The translations under genes and the position numbers were made by a program. From the NCBI GenBank assembly GCA_015056145.1, contig SVGY01000014.1, positions 263-64,262 on the forward strand: DNA of 64,000 nucleotides, given 5' to 3'. Below, in pieces: positions 18,224 to 27,920 of the stretch (position 1 is the stretch's first letter; the number at the start of each line of letters is the position of its first letter). The notes beneath the pieces are model-generated. The model was given only the letters and a program-made list of their open reading frames with translations. It was not told the origin of the DNA and did no database searches. The DNA comes from Clostridiales bacterium. GTDB lineage: Bacteria; Bacillota; Clostridia; Christensenellales; Aristaeellaceae.

Positions 18224-21200
18224 TTGAACGATTTCTATCGGAATCAGCCCGATCCCAACGAGTTCTACGGCGCACAGGACGATTACGCCCAGCAGGATCA
18301 GTGGAACCCTTCCGGATATCCGGAAGAATACGTTCCCGGCGGCTTTGCAGGCACCGGCCCCGTGGAGGAAGATCCCTTCTCTGCATGGCGCAGGCCTGCA
18401 GATACCGGCATTGACGGCGGATATCTGGGCGAGGAATCCCTGATGATGGGCGCAGAGATGCACAGTGCTGCCCAGCCCTTTTATCAGGCAGAGGCTGCCG
18501 CAGATTTTCGCAGCCAGGGCGATGCGCCCACCCGTGTGAGTCAGCCTGTACAGATGGTATCCAAGCGGGTATCTCAGCAGGCGGAACCCCAGGTATCTTA
18601 TGCACAGCCCGTTCAGGAGCAGCCTTATGCCGCTGCCCCCGCCGCCGCTGCACCGGCAGAGACCGCTCCGCAGGAGGCAGCAGCTCCCCGTCGCCGCAGC
18701 CGTCGTATGGAACGCCGGGAAGCTGCGGATGTGCCTCAGGCCGCACCTGTCAGCAATCAACCGGAGATGGGCTATGATCCTTATCAGGCTCCCCGTGAGC
18801 AGGCAGCGCCTGTTCAGCAGCCTGTCCGCCAGGAATATCCCCGCAGAAGCGCCCCTGCAAGCAGCCAGCCGGAGATGGGCTATGATCCCTATCAGGCATC
18901 CCGTGAGCAGGCTGCGCCCGTTCAGCGTCCCGCTGCCAGAGAGTATCCCCGCCGCAGCGCCCCCGTAAACGCTCAGCCAGAAAGGGACTACGATTCCTAC
19001 CAGGCTCCCCGTGAGCAGGCCATGCCCGTACCCCAGCCCGCTCATCAGGAGTATCCCCGCAGAAATATGGCCGTAAGCCGCATGCCCGAAAACGAGTACG
19101 ACGGTTACGACGCATATGATGCACCTGTGGCAGATCCCCGTTACGAAACCCCCGTGGAGGAGCCCCGTCAGGCGCCCCGCAGGGAATACCGTCAGGCTGC
19201 CCCCGGAGACAATTATTCCGGCCCCCGCACCGCTATGCCCACGCAGAACCGTGGCTCTGTTGCAGACCGTGCCCGGGAAGTGCGTGACGAAGTAAGGAAC
19301 GCTCCCCAGGAAGAGATGAACGCTGCTCAGCGCAGACCCATGCCCCCTCAGGGCGGCGAAGCGCCTCAGCGTCGGCCCATGCCTCAGCGGCCTGTGCCTC
19401 AGGGTCAGGCTCTTCAGGGCGGCATGCCTCAGCGCCGGCCCGTGCCTCAGGGTGAAATGCCCTACGGCCAGGAAGAACAGCAGGGTTACGGTCAGGAGCA
19501 ATACGGCTATGGTCGTCGTCCCAGCCCCTATAACCGTGGCGAAAACGACCGCAGCGCATCCGTAAACCGCAAACCCTACGATTTTGAAAACGACGATCAG
19601 GATGAGGAACCCCGCCGCGGCAGCGTATTGCTGGCTATCGTCATTGTACTGCTGGTCATCGGCGGCCTTCTGGCCGGTCTCTGCCTGCCTGACTGGGCAA
19701 GCATCGGCGGCCCCGTGGGCAATACCCTTGCCCCTGCCAAGGAGGCTGTGGTGAATACCTTCACTACCCTCAAAAATAAGATCAAGCCCGAAGAAGAGAT
19801 GATCCGCAGCTTCACTGCCAACTGCTCCGATGCAGAGGCGCCCGCCACGGTGAAGTTTTCCGTGCAGACGGCCAAGAATGTTGCCGGTATCCGCATTGTG
19901 GATGATAATAACAATGAGCTCTATTCCGCCCTCTACACCGACGAGATGGCCCTTTCCGGCGATGTGATGGTAAACAGCAACGCCCTTATCTGGATGCCCT
20001 CCTGCGTGATTGAGGAAGAATACACCGGTGGTTTCACCGTTTACGCCATTCGCAAGGACGGCAGCACCGACGAGGGCACCCCCACTGCCGAGCAGGTGAC
20101 CATCGCCCCCAAGGCAGAGGAAGCACTGCCCATGCAGGGCTTTACAACCAGCGCCGAAAGCGGCGAGATTCCTGCAGAAATCACCTTTACCGTGACCACC
20201 TCCGCTGACGTTTCCGCTGTGCGGGTGGTGGATCAGTACGAATCCCCTGTGGCTACCAGCAACATCGATGCAGCCACCCTGGACGGCACCATGACCCAGG
20301 ACGGCGACAAGCGCATCTGGACGCTCCGTGTTACGGTGGATAACATCTACAGCGGTACCTACCGTGCCCAGTATCAGGCTGCGGATGATCTCAATTTTGT
20401 CAGCAGCGAATACACGGTTCCCGCTTCCTTTATGCCCCCCGTTGCCACGGAAGTGCCGCCGGAGGAGACCCCCGTGCCCCTGAACGAGGGTGAAGAGGAC
20501 CCCGTCGCCACCGAAGAGCCCGAGGAAACCGCAACTCCCGAGCCTACGGCGACCCCCACCCCCGAACCTACCGCCACCCCGGAACCCACCCCCACGCCCA
20601 CTCCGGCCCCTGATGCTACCGCAATGCCGGAAGTGGATGCCGCAGCCGCCGGCAGCGCAGATCCTGCTGCGCTGAACCTGAAAACCGTTACCAACAATAA
20701 CGGCAAGAGCGCCAGCAACTTCAGCCGCAGTGGCGAAAAAGCCATTTCTATGGTGACTCCCTTCACCAGTAAGACATCCAGCGACAACTATGCTGTGTGG
20801 AAGCAGGCTGGTGTGCTTACCTTCCGCAGCGGCCCCATGCGTCAGAATGCTTCCTTCGGCACTGTTGAGGTGGAGGAAGGCAAGCTGAGCGTTCTGTGGA
20901 GCCAGCCCGTTGGTTCCATGAAGGCCAAGGAGAGTACCCTCTATGGTGTGGTGGCTCCCGGTCAGCCCCTGATCATCAAATGGCCTACCGAAATGCGTAC
21001 CGACTATCTGGGCCTGAAGGATGAAGCCCGCCAGGTTACTGCCCTGAAGGAAGTAATCATCTCCGGTCAGGACGGCAAGATTTATTTCTACAACCTGCTG
21101 GACGGCACTATGACCCGTGAACCCATTGATATCGGCGCTCCCAGCGCAGGCGGTCTTTCCCTTGCCACCAATGGCACCCCGGTGCTGGGCGTGGGCCAGA

Positions 21201-22198
21201 GCCATGCCATGCTGGCAAAGAAGACCGTTAATTGCGGCTATCATCTGATCAACCTTGTAACCAACGAAGAGATTATGCTGGTACGCACCGACAACGACAA
21301 GGAACGTAACAGCAGCTATTCCGGCGTGCTGGGTTCCGCATTGTTCGATTCCAAAACCGGCACCATGATCTTCGGTTCCCAGGGCGGCACCCTGTATACC
21401 GTGGAGCTGGGCAAGCGGGAGGATTCCTTCAATACCAACTCCAGCCAAGTTTCCGTCAGCTCCTCCTATCAGACCTACCGCAGCCTTGCCGGCGACCAGA
21501 AAAAGAAGTACGCAAACATCGACGGCAGCGTTGCCATGTACGATAACTACGTTTTCTACGCAGACCGCTACGGCATTCTGCAGTGCGTGGATATCAACAC
21601 CATGTCCTCCGTATGGGCCATTGACACCGGCGACAAGACCGATGCCACCCCTGCCCTCGACATGGAAGAAAGCGGCCTGCTGGCCCTTTACACCGGCAAC
21701 ACCTATTACCGCCGCTATAAGTCCAGCGTGTGCAACCTGCGCAAGGTGGACGGCCTCACCGGCGAAGTGCTGTGGACCTACGATGTACCGGATCTGACCT
21801 ACAACGCCGATTATGACGTAGGCCTTGTGGCCAGCCCGGTGGTGGGCCAGGAATCCATTTCCGACATGGTTATCTTCACCGCCACCAACGGCAAGCATGG
21901 ATGCAGCGTTCTGGCCCTGAACAAGAAGGACGGTTCGCTGATCTGGCGCAAGGATTTTGAGGGTCAGGGTCATTCCAGCCCCGTGGCTGTGTATAATGAA
22001 AACGGAGATGCCTGGATCCTGCAGGCCCTTGGCAACGGCAACATTGTACTTATGAAGGCAGATAACGGCGAAGTGCTGGATACCCTCGCACTGGAAGGTG
22101 CGGAAATCACCGCCTCACCCGCCGTGTACGGCAACCTGCTGGTTATCGGCACCACCGGCAAAACCAACAGCGCTGTGTACTGCATCAAAATCCATTGA
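18224..22198 (+). CDS. giant single-pass membrane protein: P/Q/E-rich repeat N-terminus, TM helix, Ig-like region, Pro/Thr linker, C-terminal PQQ/BamB-like beta-propeller
   Basis: TTG start at 18224 with an AAGGAG SD 11 nt upstream. TM helix VLLAIVIVLLVIGGLLAGLCL (about 19621-19686). The C-terminal ~450 aa has repeated hydrophobic-G-x-DG / W motifs typical of PQQ-like propellers. Confidence 0.8.
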   Translation: MNDFYRNQPDPNEFYGAQDDYAQQDQWNPSGYPEEYVPGGFAGTGPVEEDPFSAWRRPADTGIDGGYLGEESLMMGAEMHSAAQPFYQAEAAADFRSQGDAPTRVSQPVQMVSKRVSQQAEPQVSYAQPVQEQPYAAAPAAAAPAETAPQEAAAPRRRSRRMERREAADVPQAAPVSNQPEMGYDPYQAPREQAAPVQQPVRQEYPRRSAPASSQPEMGYDPYQASREQAAPVQRPAAREYPRRSAPVNAQPERDYDSYQAPREQAMPVPQPAHQEYPRRNMAVSRMPENEYDGYDAYDAPVADPRYETPVEEPRQAPRREYRQAAPGDNYSGPRTAMPTQNRGSVADRAREVRDEVRNAPQEEMNAAQRRPMPPQGGEAPQRRPMPQRPVPQGQALQGGMPQRRPVPQGEMPYGQEEQQGYGQEQYGYGRRPSPYNRGENDRSASVNRKPYDFENDDQDEEPRRGSVLLAIVIVLLVIGGLLAGLCLPDWASIGGPVGNTLAPAKEAVVNTFTTLKNKIKPEEEMIRSFTANCSDAEAPATVKFSVQTAKNVAGIRIVDDNNNELYSALYTDEMALSGDVMVNSNALIWMPSCVIEEEYTGGFTVYAIRKDGSTDEGTPTAEQVTIAPKAEEALPMQGFTTSAESGEIPAEITFTVTTSADVSAVRVVDQYESPVATSNIDAATLDGTMTQDGDKRIWTLRVTVDNIYSGTYRAQYQAADDLNFVSSEYTVPASFMPPVATEVPPEETPVPLNEGEEDPVATEEPEETATPEPTATPTPEPTATPEPTPTPTPAPDATAMPEVDAAAAGSADPAALNLKTVTNNNGKSASNFSRSGEKAISMVTPFTSKTSSDNYAVWKQAGVLTFRSGPMRQNASFGTVEVEEGKLSVLWSQPVGSMKAKESTLYGVVAPGQPLIIKWPTEMRTDYLGLKDEARQVTALKEVIISGQDGKIYFYNLLDGTMTREPIDIGAPSAGGLSLATNGTPVLGVGQSHAMLAKKTVNCGYHLINLVTNEEIMLVRTDNDKERNSSYSGVLGSALFDSKTGTMIFGSQGGTLYTVELGKREDSFNTNSSQVSVSSSYQTYRSLAGDQKKKYANIDGSVAMYDNYVFYADRYGILQCVDINTMSSVWAIDTGDKTDATPALDMEESGLLALYTGNTYYRRYKSSVCNLRKVDGLTGEVLWTYDVPDLTYNADYDVGLVASPVVGQESISDMVIFTATNGKHGCSVLALNKKDGSLIWRKDFEGQGHSSPVAVYNENGDAWILQALGNGNIVLMKADNGEVLDTLALEGAEITASPAVYGNLLVIGTTGKTNSAVYCIKIH
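18758..19081 (+). repeat. three tandem in-frame 108-bp (36-aa) repeats
   Basis: Units start at 18758, 18866 and 18974. Consensus QPEMGYDPYQA(P/S)REQAAPVQ.P..(Q/R)EYPRRSAP. A degenerate fourth unit follows. Confidence 0.85.
20529..20612 (+). repeat. Pro/Thr/Glu-rich low-complexity linker (coding)
   Basis: Encodes TATPEPTATPTPEPTATPEPTPTPTPAP within the giant ORF. Confidence 0.8.
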
Positions 22199-22218
22199 CA
22201 AATGAAGAAGGAATTTTC

Positions 22219-23253
22219 ATGAAAATCTATCTGGATGCCATGGGGGGCGATTTCGCCCCCAAGGCTCCCGTGGAGGGAGCGCTGGAAGCCCTTACCAACT
22301 ACAGCGACCTCATCATTGAGCTGGCTGGCCCCCTTGCAGAGGTTCAGCCCGTGGTGGAGGAAGTGTTTCAGGGTAACGAGGCACTGAAGGAACGCCTTGT
22401 CTTGACAGACTGTCCGGAAGTGATCACCAACTGCGAATCTCCGGTGATGGCTGTGCGCCATAAGAAGCAGAGCGCCATTGTGGATGGCATGCTCAAGCTG
22501 CGGGATGGTCAGGTGGATGCATTCGTATCCGCTGGAAGTACCGGCGCTGTGCTGGCAGGCGGCATGTTCCGCCTGGGCCGCATCCCCGGCATCGACCGCC
22601 CTGCTCTGGCTCCCCTTCTGCCCAATGGCAAGGATTTCTTCCTGCTCATCGACTGTGGCGCAAATGTGGATTGCAAGCCTGAATATCTGCATCAGTTTGC
22701 CCAGATGGGCAACGCTTACATGCAGACCATGCGCAATATCGCCACTCCCCGCATCGGCCTTGTGAATAACGGCGCAGAGGCGGAAAAAGGCTGCACGCTC
22801 ACCAAGGAAACTTTCCAACTGCTTCAGGCTGATGGCAAGCTGAACTTTGTGGGTAACGTGGAAGCCCGGGAGATCACCCATGATGTGGCAGATGTGATCG
22901 TCTGCGACGGTTTTGTGGGCAATGTCATCCTGAAGTTCATGGAAGGCGTTGTGGAAACCCTGATGGATATGATCAAGGGCGAGATCTACGCCGATACCCG
23001 CAGCAAGATCGGCGGCCTGCTGGCCAAGCCTGCCTTCAAACGGGTCAAGAAAAAGACGGATTATACCGAAGTTGGCGGCGCTCCGCTGCTGGGCGTGAGG
23101 GGCAATGTGGTCAAGGCCCACGGCTCTTCCAACGGTCATGCACTGGCCTGCGCCATTCGTCAGGCCATCCAGATGACCGAAGGCGAACTGGTGCGCAAGA
23201 TTGAAAATCAGCTGGTCTCTGCGGAAACGGAAACGGTTTCCGAGCAGATATAA
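22219..23253 (+). CDS. plsX: phosphate acyltransferase PlsX
   Basis: MKIYLDAMGGDFAPKAPVEGA N-terminus and family-wide collinearity. ATG 22219 chosen. Confidence 0.9.
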   Translation: MKIYLDAMGGDFAPKAPVEGALEALTNYSDLIIELAGPLAEVQPVVEEVFQGNEALKERLVLTDCPEVITNCESPVMAVRHKKQSAIVDGMLKLRDGQVDAFVSAGSTGAVLAGGMFRLGRIPGIDRPALAPLLPNGKDFFLLIDCGANVDCKPEYLHQFAQMGNAYMQTMRNIATPRIGLVNNGAEAEKGCTLTKETFQLLQADGKLNFVGNVEAREITHDVADVIVCDGFVGNVILKFMEGVVETLMDMIKGEIYADTRSKIGGLLAKPAFKRVKKKTDYTEVGGAPLLGVRGNVVKAHGSSNGHALACAIRQAIQMTEGELVRKIENQLVSAETETVSEQI

Positions 23254-23289
23254 TGCAATCATTCATTGGTTAATAAGGAGGAAACAACA

Positions 23290-23517
23290 ATGGTATTTGA
23301 AAAAGTTCGTGATATGATCGCCGAGCAGCTGCGTGTGGATGCAGCCACCATCACCCCAGAAACCCTGCTGGTGGAAGACCTGAAGGCAGACAGCGCCAAC
23401 GTCATGGTTATGATCCTGGAGCTGGAATCCGAATTCGGCATTGAGGTTGAGGACGAAGTAATCCTGCAGCTCAAGACCGTGGGCGACGTGGTCGCTTACA
23501 TTGAAAAGAACCAGTAA
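23290..23517 (+). CDS. acpP: acyl carrier protein
   Basis: 75 aa. AAGGAGG SD. Phosphopantetheine attachment context DLKADSANVM. Confidence 0.9.
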   Translation: MVFEKVRDMIAEQLRVDAATITPETLLVEDLKADSANVMVMILELESEFGIEVEDEVILQLKTVGDVVAYIEKNQ

Positions 23518-23626
23518 CGGTTTCTTTTGACGGATTTGTAAGGGATGGGGCGTTCTGCAAAGGTCAGGCGAAAAGCAGCCGTGCTTTGCAGTGCGCCCTT
23601 GCCCGTTTGATTGGAAAGGAAAACAG

Positions 23627-24295
23627 ATGATCAAAGCTTTGCAAAAGGCGCTGGGATATCAGTTCCAAAACCCTGCGCTGCTTACCATGGCGTTGACGCA
23701 TCCCTCCACGAAGCTGCCGGATAATCAGCGGCTGGAATTTCTTGGCGACGCCATTTTGGAGTTTTGCGTCAGCGACATGCTCTATCGGAAATATCCACAA
23801 TATCATGAAGGACAGATGACGGCCCGGCGTGCTGCGCTGGTGTGCGAACGTACCCTGTGTGTGCTGGCACGGCAGATGGGCCTCGGGCCTTGTCTGCTTA
23901 TGGGCAACGGCGAGGAAATGACCGGCGGCCGGGAAAAACCCAGCATCCTGGCGGACGCTATGGAAGCCGTGTTTGCGGCCATCTACATGGACGGCGGCTA
24001 TGAAGCAGCAAAGGCAATTATTCTCAGGCTGTATCAGGATGAGGAGCATCTTGTGGCCCCCAAGGTCAAGGATGACAAAGGTGCGTTGCAGGAGTTTACC
24101 CAGGCACATGAGCTGGGTCTGCCCGTTTATCAGATCATTGCCGAGGAAGGCCCGCCCCACGACCGCCACTTTGTGGCACAGGTCAGCGTGCAGGGACAGG
24201 CGCTGGCAAAGGGCAGCGGCAACAGCAAAAAGGGCGCAGAAATGGCAGCTGCCAGGCAGGCCCTTGCATTGCTTGGAAACAAGCAAAATTCTTAA
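23627..24295 (+). CDS. rnc: ribonuclease III
   Basis: Signature ERLEFLGDAILE-like sequence (QRLEFLGDAILEF). C-terminal dsRBD with GSGNSKKGAEMAAA. Confidence 0.9.
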   Translation: MIKALQKALGYQFQNPALLTMALTHPSTKLPDNQRLEFLGDAILEFCVSDMLYRKYPQYHEGQMTARRAALVCERTLCVLARQMGLGPCLLMGNGEEMTGGREKPSILADAMEAVFAAIYMDGGYEAAKAIILRLYQDEEHLVAPKVKDDKGALQEFTQAHELGLPVYQIIAEEGPPHDRHFVAQVSVQGQALAKGSGNSKKGAEMAAARQALALLGNKQNS

Positions 24296-24313
24296 GGAAA
24301 CAGGAGGGTGCGG

Positions 24314-27300
24314 ATGCGCCTTACCAAGTTGGAAATATACGGTTTCAAGTCCTTCGCCCGCCGGACGGAGATCATTTTTCCCCAGAATGTGACGGGCATC
24401 GTCGGCCCCAACGGCAGCGGCAAGAGCAATATCAGCGATGCCGTGCGTTGGGTGCTGGGCGAACAGAGTGCAAAAAACCTTCGGGGCAACAGTATGGCGG
24501 ACGTTATCTTCAACGGCACCGAACAGAAAAAGCCCATGAATTACTGCGAAGTAACCCTTACTTTTGATAATGGCGACAAGCAGCTTCCGGTGGATTTTGG
24601 CGAGGTGAGCATCACCCGCCGTGTATACCGCAGCGGCGACAGCGAATATCTGATGAACGGCGCAGCCTGCCGCCTGAAGGATATCGTGGAGCTGTTCCGG
24701 GATACGGGCGTGGGCAAGGAAGGATATTCCATCATCGGCCAGGGCCGCATTGATGAAATCCTCAGCCAGCGCAGCGAAGATCGCCGTGCAGTATTTGAGG
24801 AGGCCGCCGGCATCAGCCGTTTTCGTACCCGCAAGGAGGAAGCAGAAGCACGCATGAAGCGTGCGGACGAAAACCTTGTGCGTGTAAATGATATTCTGGA
24901 AGAGCTGGAGCAGCGCATCAAGCCCCTCAAGCGTCAGGCCGAAACCGCAAGGATGTACCTCAGCCTCAGCGAACAATTGAAGGAACTGGATGTTAAGCTG
25001 TTTCTGCACCGCTATGACCGCCTGAAGGAAAAGGATCTTGCGGCAGAACAGAATCTGCTCAAAGCAAGGGATATTCTGAAAGAGGCCGAAGAAACCCTGT
25101 CCGCACAGCAGCACCGGCGTACCCTTGGCGAAGCGGAGCTGGAAGAGCTTGGAATGGCGCTGAATCAGGCCCACGATGAATTGCTGGGCGCCAACGATCG
25201 TCTCCATGTGCTGCGTGAAAATGCCATGACCATTCACAGCCGCATAGAGTCGGGACGGGAAACGGTGGAACGCCTTAAGGGCGAAATGGATACCGCTGCC
25301 GACAGGCTCAGGCTGATCGAAGCCACCATGAGTCAGTCCGACGGAGGTATGAGCGAAGCCGAGGCTCTGCTTCAAAAAGCCCAGGAGGCTTTGGACAGGC
25401 GCAAGGCTGCCCAGGCTGCCGCATCAGAAAAGGCAGAAGCTCTGGAAACCGAGCTGACGGAACACAAAAACCAGTTAATGGAACGCATGAACCGCATGCA
25501 GACCATGAAGACCAATCAGGCACGGCAGGCCGCCATGCAGCAGCAACGAAAAGCCCGCCGGGAGGAACTGGCCCAGCAGCTGGATGCGGAAATGGAGCGG
25601 GAAAAGGAAGTGACCACCGCTGCCGAAGCCGCAGCAGAAAGCCTTCGCCAGGAAGAAAGCCGGCTGGAAGAACTCCGGGGCGATGCAACCCGGCTGGAAG
25701 AAAGCTCCCGGCAACTTTTGCAGGATATCCTTCAAAAGCAAAAGGAGTTGCAGGAGGATGCCCAGAATTACCGTGCGGCGGATACCCGCTTGCGTACTCT
25801 CAGGGAACTGCAGGACGGCTACGAGGGTTATCAGTACGCCGTAAAGAATGCCCTCAGCCATGCCAAAAAGGAAAATATGACCGGTGTGCGCAATGTCGTG
25901 GCCATGCTGATGCGTGTGCCCAGGGAATACGAAACGGCGCTGGATATGGCCCTTGGCGGCTCCATGCAGGATATCGTTACGGAAACCGAACAGGATGCCA
26001 AGCAGCTTATCGAGTACCTGCGCAGGAATAAACTTGGCCGTGCTACTTTCCTGCCTATGACCACCGTGCGCAGCCGTACCCTGAACCAGAACGAGCGGAA
26101 AGTACTTTCCATGGATGGCTGCATTGGCGTGGCCAGCGAACTGGTGCAATATTCCCAGGAATACAGGAATATTATGGAAAACCTGCTGGGCCGCATTGTG
26201 ATAGCAAGAGACCTGGACAGCGGCATTGCCATTATGAAGGCGGGAAATCACGCCTTCCGGCTGGTGACACTGCAGGGCGATGTGATGCATGCTGGCGGCA
26301 GCATCACCGGTGGCAGTATTCAGCAGAAGGCCCAGAACCTGCTGGGCCGGGACCGTGAGATCCGTGAATTGCAGGCATCCCTGAAAGAGCTTGCACAGCG
26401 GATGGAGGAAGGCAAAACACAGCTTGCCGCCATGGAGGAAAAGCGTGCGGGCGAAAAGGAAAAAAGGGAAGCCGCACAGGAAGCTCAGCACCAGCAGGAG
26501 ATCGCCGTGGTGCGTGATACGGAGCATTTGAAGAGCGCCAACCGCAACCTGGAAACCCATCAGCAGATGGTGCAGCAGTTGGAGGGCGCAATTTCCCAGC
26601 TGGACGAAATTCTGGAAGAAACCGAAGCAGAACTGCACCGAATGGAAGAGCTTTCCAGCCAGCAGGATGGCAGCATGGAGGAAATGAACGCCCGCAGCGG
26701 CGAGCTTGCCGTGCTTCTGGACAAAGCCCGCCGGGAGCGGGAGGCAGCCCAGGAGGCCCTGACGGATGCCATGCTGACGCTGCAGAATGCAGAGCATGAT
26801 TGCGACCGTATCCGGCGGGATCAGCAGCGCCTTCTGGGGGACAGCGAAAGCTGCCGCAAGGAAATACAGCGGCTGGAAAACCTGCGCTGCAAAACCCTGG
26901 AGGATATGAAAAAGGCCGGGGAGGAACAGGCCTCTGCGGAAGCTTCGGTGGAATCCGCTGAGGAACAGGTGACTCAGGCCCGGAATCAGGTGGAGGACCT
27001 ACAGCTCCGTCAGACAGAAAAACAACGATTGCAGCGTGAACTACAGGATGACATCGACGCATCCCAGCAACAGCTGAACCATGAGCGGGAAAGGCTCCAT
27101 CGCCAGGAATTGACCCAGAGCCGCATCCGCAGCGACTTGAGCCAGCTGGCAGAAAGGCTCTGGGATACCTACGAGCTGACCTACGCCAATGCTCAGGAAC
27201 TTTCGGAGCGATTCCCGGTCAGGGAAGGCCCCTTCAAGGAGACCGAAGCCGACGAGCAGGCAAGGTTCATCCGGGATGAAATCCGTCTGCTGGGCCCTGT

Positions 27301-27892
27301 CAATGTGGAGGCCATCGACGAGTATGCCGCCACGCAGGAACGCTACTCCCAGCTCAGCGACCAGCGCAATGATATCGAAAAGGCCAAGCAGGATCTGCAA
27401 ACCCTCATCGCCCAACTGCTGGAGCAGATGGAAACCGTATTTGTGAGCCAGTTTGGCCTGATGCAGGAGTATTTCTCCGAAACTTTCCGCCGGCTCTTTG
27501 GCGGTGGCAATGGCGATATCAGCCTTTCCAACCCTGAGGATCCGCTGAATTGCGGCATCGAGATCATCGTGCAGCCTCCGGGAAAGAAACGCCAGCTTCT
27601 GAGCCTGTTCAGCGGAGGCGAGCGTGCCCTGACAGCCATCGCCATCCTCTTTGCCATGCTCAAGCTCAAGCCCACCCCCTTCTGTATTCTGGATGAGATT
27701 GAGGCTGCGCTGGATGATGCGAACATCAGCTATTTTGCCGATTACCTCAAGGAATTCAGCGAGGATACACAGTTTGTGGTGGTCACGCACCGCAAGGGCA
27801 CCATGGAGCGCTGCGATACCCTCTTTGGCGTTGCCATGGAGGAGCGGGGTGTCAGCAGCCTTGTCAGCGTGAACCTGATGGACTACGAATAA
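24314..27892 (+). CDS. smc: chromosome segregation protein SMC
   Basis: Walker A GPNGSGKSN, long coiled coils, hinge region, signature LSGGE and Walker B ILDEIEAALD. Confidence 0.95.
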   Translation: MRLTKLEIYGFKSFARRTEIIFPQNVTGIVGPNGSGKSNISDAVRWVLGEQSAKNLRGNSMADVIFNGTEQKKPMNYCEVTLTFDNGDKQLPVDFGEVSITRRVYRSGDSEYLMNGAACRLKDIVELFRDTGVGKEGYSIIGQGRIDEILSQRSEDRRAVFEEAAGISRFRTRKEEAEARMKRADENLVRVNDILEELEQRIKPLKRQAETARMYLSLSEQLKELDVKLFLHRYDRLKEKDLAAEQNLLKARDILKEAEETLSAQQHRRTLGEAELEELGMALNQAHDELLGANDRLHVLRENAMTIHSRIESGRETVERLKGEMDTAADRLRLIEATMSQSDGGMSEAEALLQKAQEALDRRKAAQAAASEKAEALETELTEHKNQLMERMNRMQTMKTNQARQAAMQQQRKARREELAQQLDAEMEREKEVTTAAEAAAESLRQEESRLEELRGDATRLEESSRQLLQDILQKQKELQEDAQNYRAADTRLRTLRELQDGYEGYQYAVKNALSHAKKENMTGVRNVVAMLMRVPREYETALDMALGGSMQDIVTETEQDAKQLIEYLRRNKLGRATFLPMTTVRSRTLNQNERKVLSMDGCIGVASELVQYSQEYRNIMENLLGRIVIARDLDSGIAIMKAGNHAFRLVTLQGDVMHAGGSITGGSIQQKAQNLLGRDREIRELQASLKELAQRMEEGKTQLAAMEEKRAGEKEKREAAQEAQHQQEIAVVRDTEHLKSANRNLETHQQMVQQLEGAISQLDEILEETEAELHRMEELSSQQDGSMEEMNARSGELAVLLDKARREREAAQEALTDAMLTLQNAEHDCDRIRRDQQRLLGDSESCRKEIQRLENLRCKTLEDMKKAGEEQASAEASVESAEEQVTQARNQVEDLQLRQTEKQRLQRELQDDIDASQQQLNHERERLHRQELTQSRIRSDLSQLAERLWDTYELTYANAQELSERFPVREGPFKETEADEQARFIRDEIRLLGPVNVEAIDEYAATQERYSQLSDQRNDIEKAKQDLQTLIAQLLEQMETVFVSQFGLMQEYFSETFRRLFGGGNGDISLSNPEDPLNCGIEIIVQPPGKKRQLLSLFSGGERALTAIAILFAMLKLKPTPFCILDEIEAALDDANISYFADYLKEFSEDTQFVVVTHRKGTMERCDTLFGVAMEERGVSSLVSVNLMDYE

Positions 27893-27920
27893 GCAAATCC
27901 CCATAAGGAGGAAAACAAAA

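Noticed and set aside
20529-20612. ACC/CCC/GAA-rich nucleotide periodicity, checked as a possible CRISPR or microsatellite
   Set aside because: It is a coding Pro/Thr/Glu linker within a long ORF. There is no repeat-spacer architecture.
18140-21973. 1277-aa ORF on the minus strand
   Set aside because: It is antisense to the 1324-aa surface-protein gene. Its composition is Gly/Ala/His/Val-rich and low-complexity, with no SD or recognisable motif. This is a typical shadow ORF in GC-rich coding DNA.
23518-23626. Hairpin CTGCAAAG ... CTTTGCAG between acpP and rnc, considered as an RNase III autoregulatory site or terminator
   Set aside because: The stem is short (8 bp) with a large loop and no T-tract. 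The evidence is insufficient.
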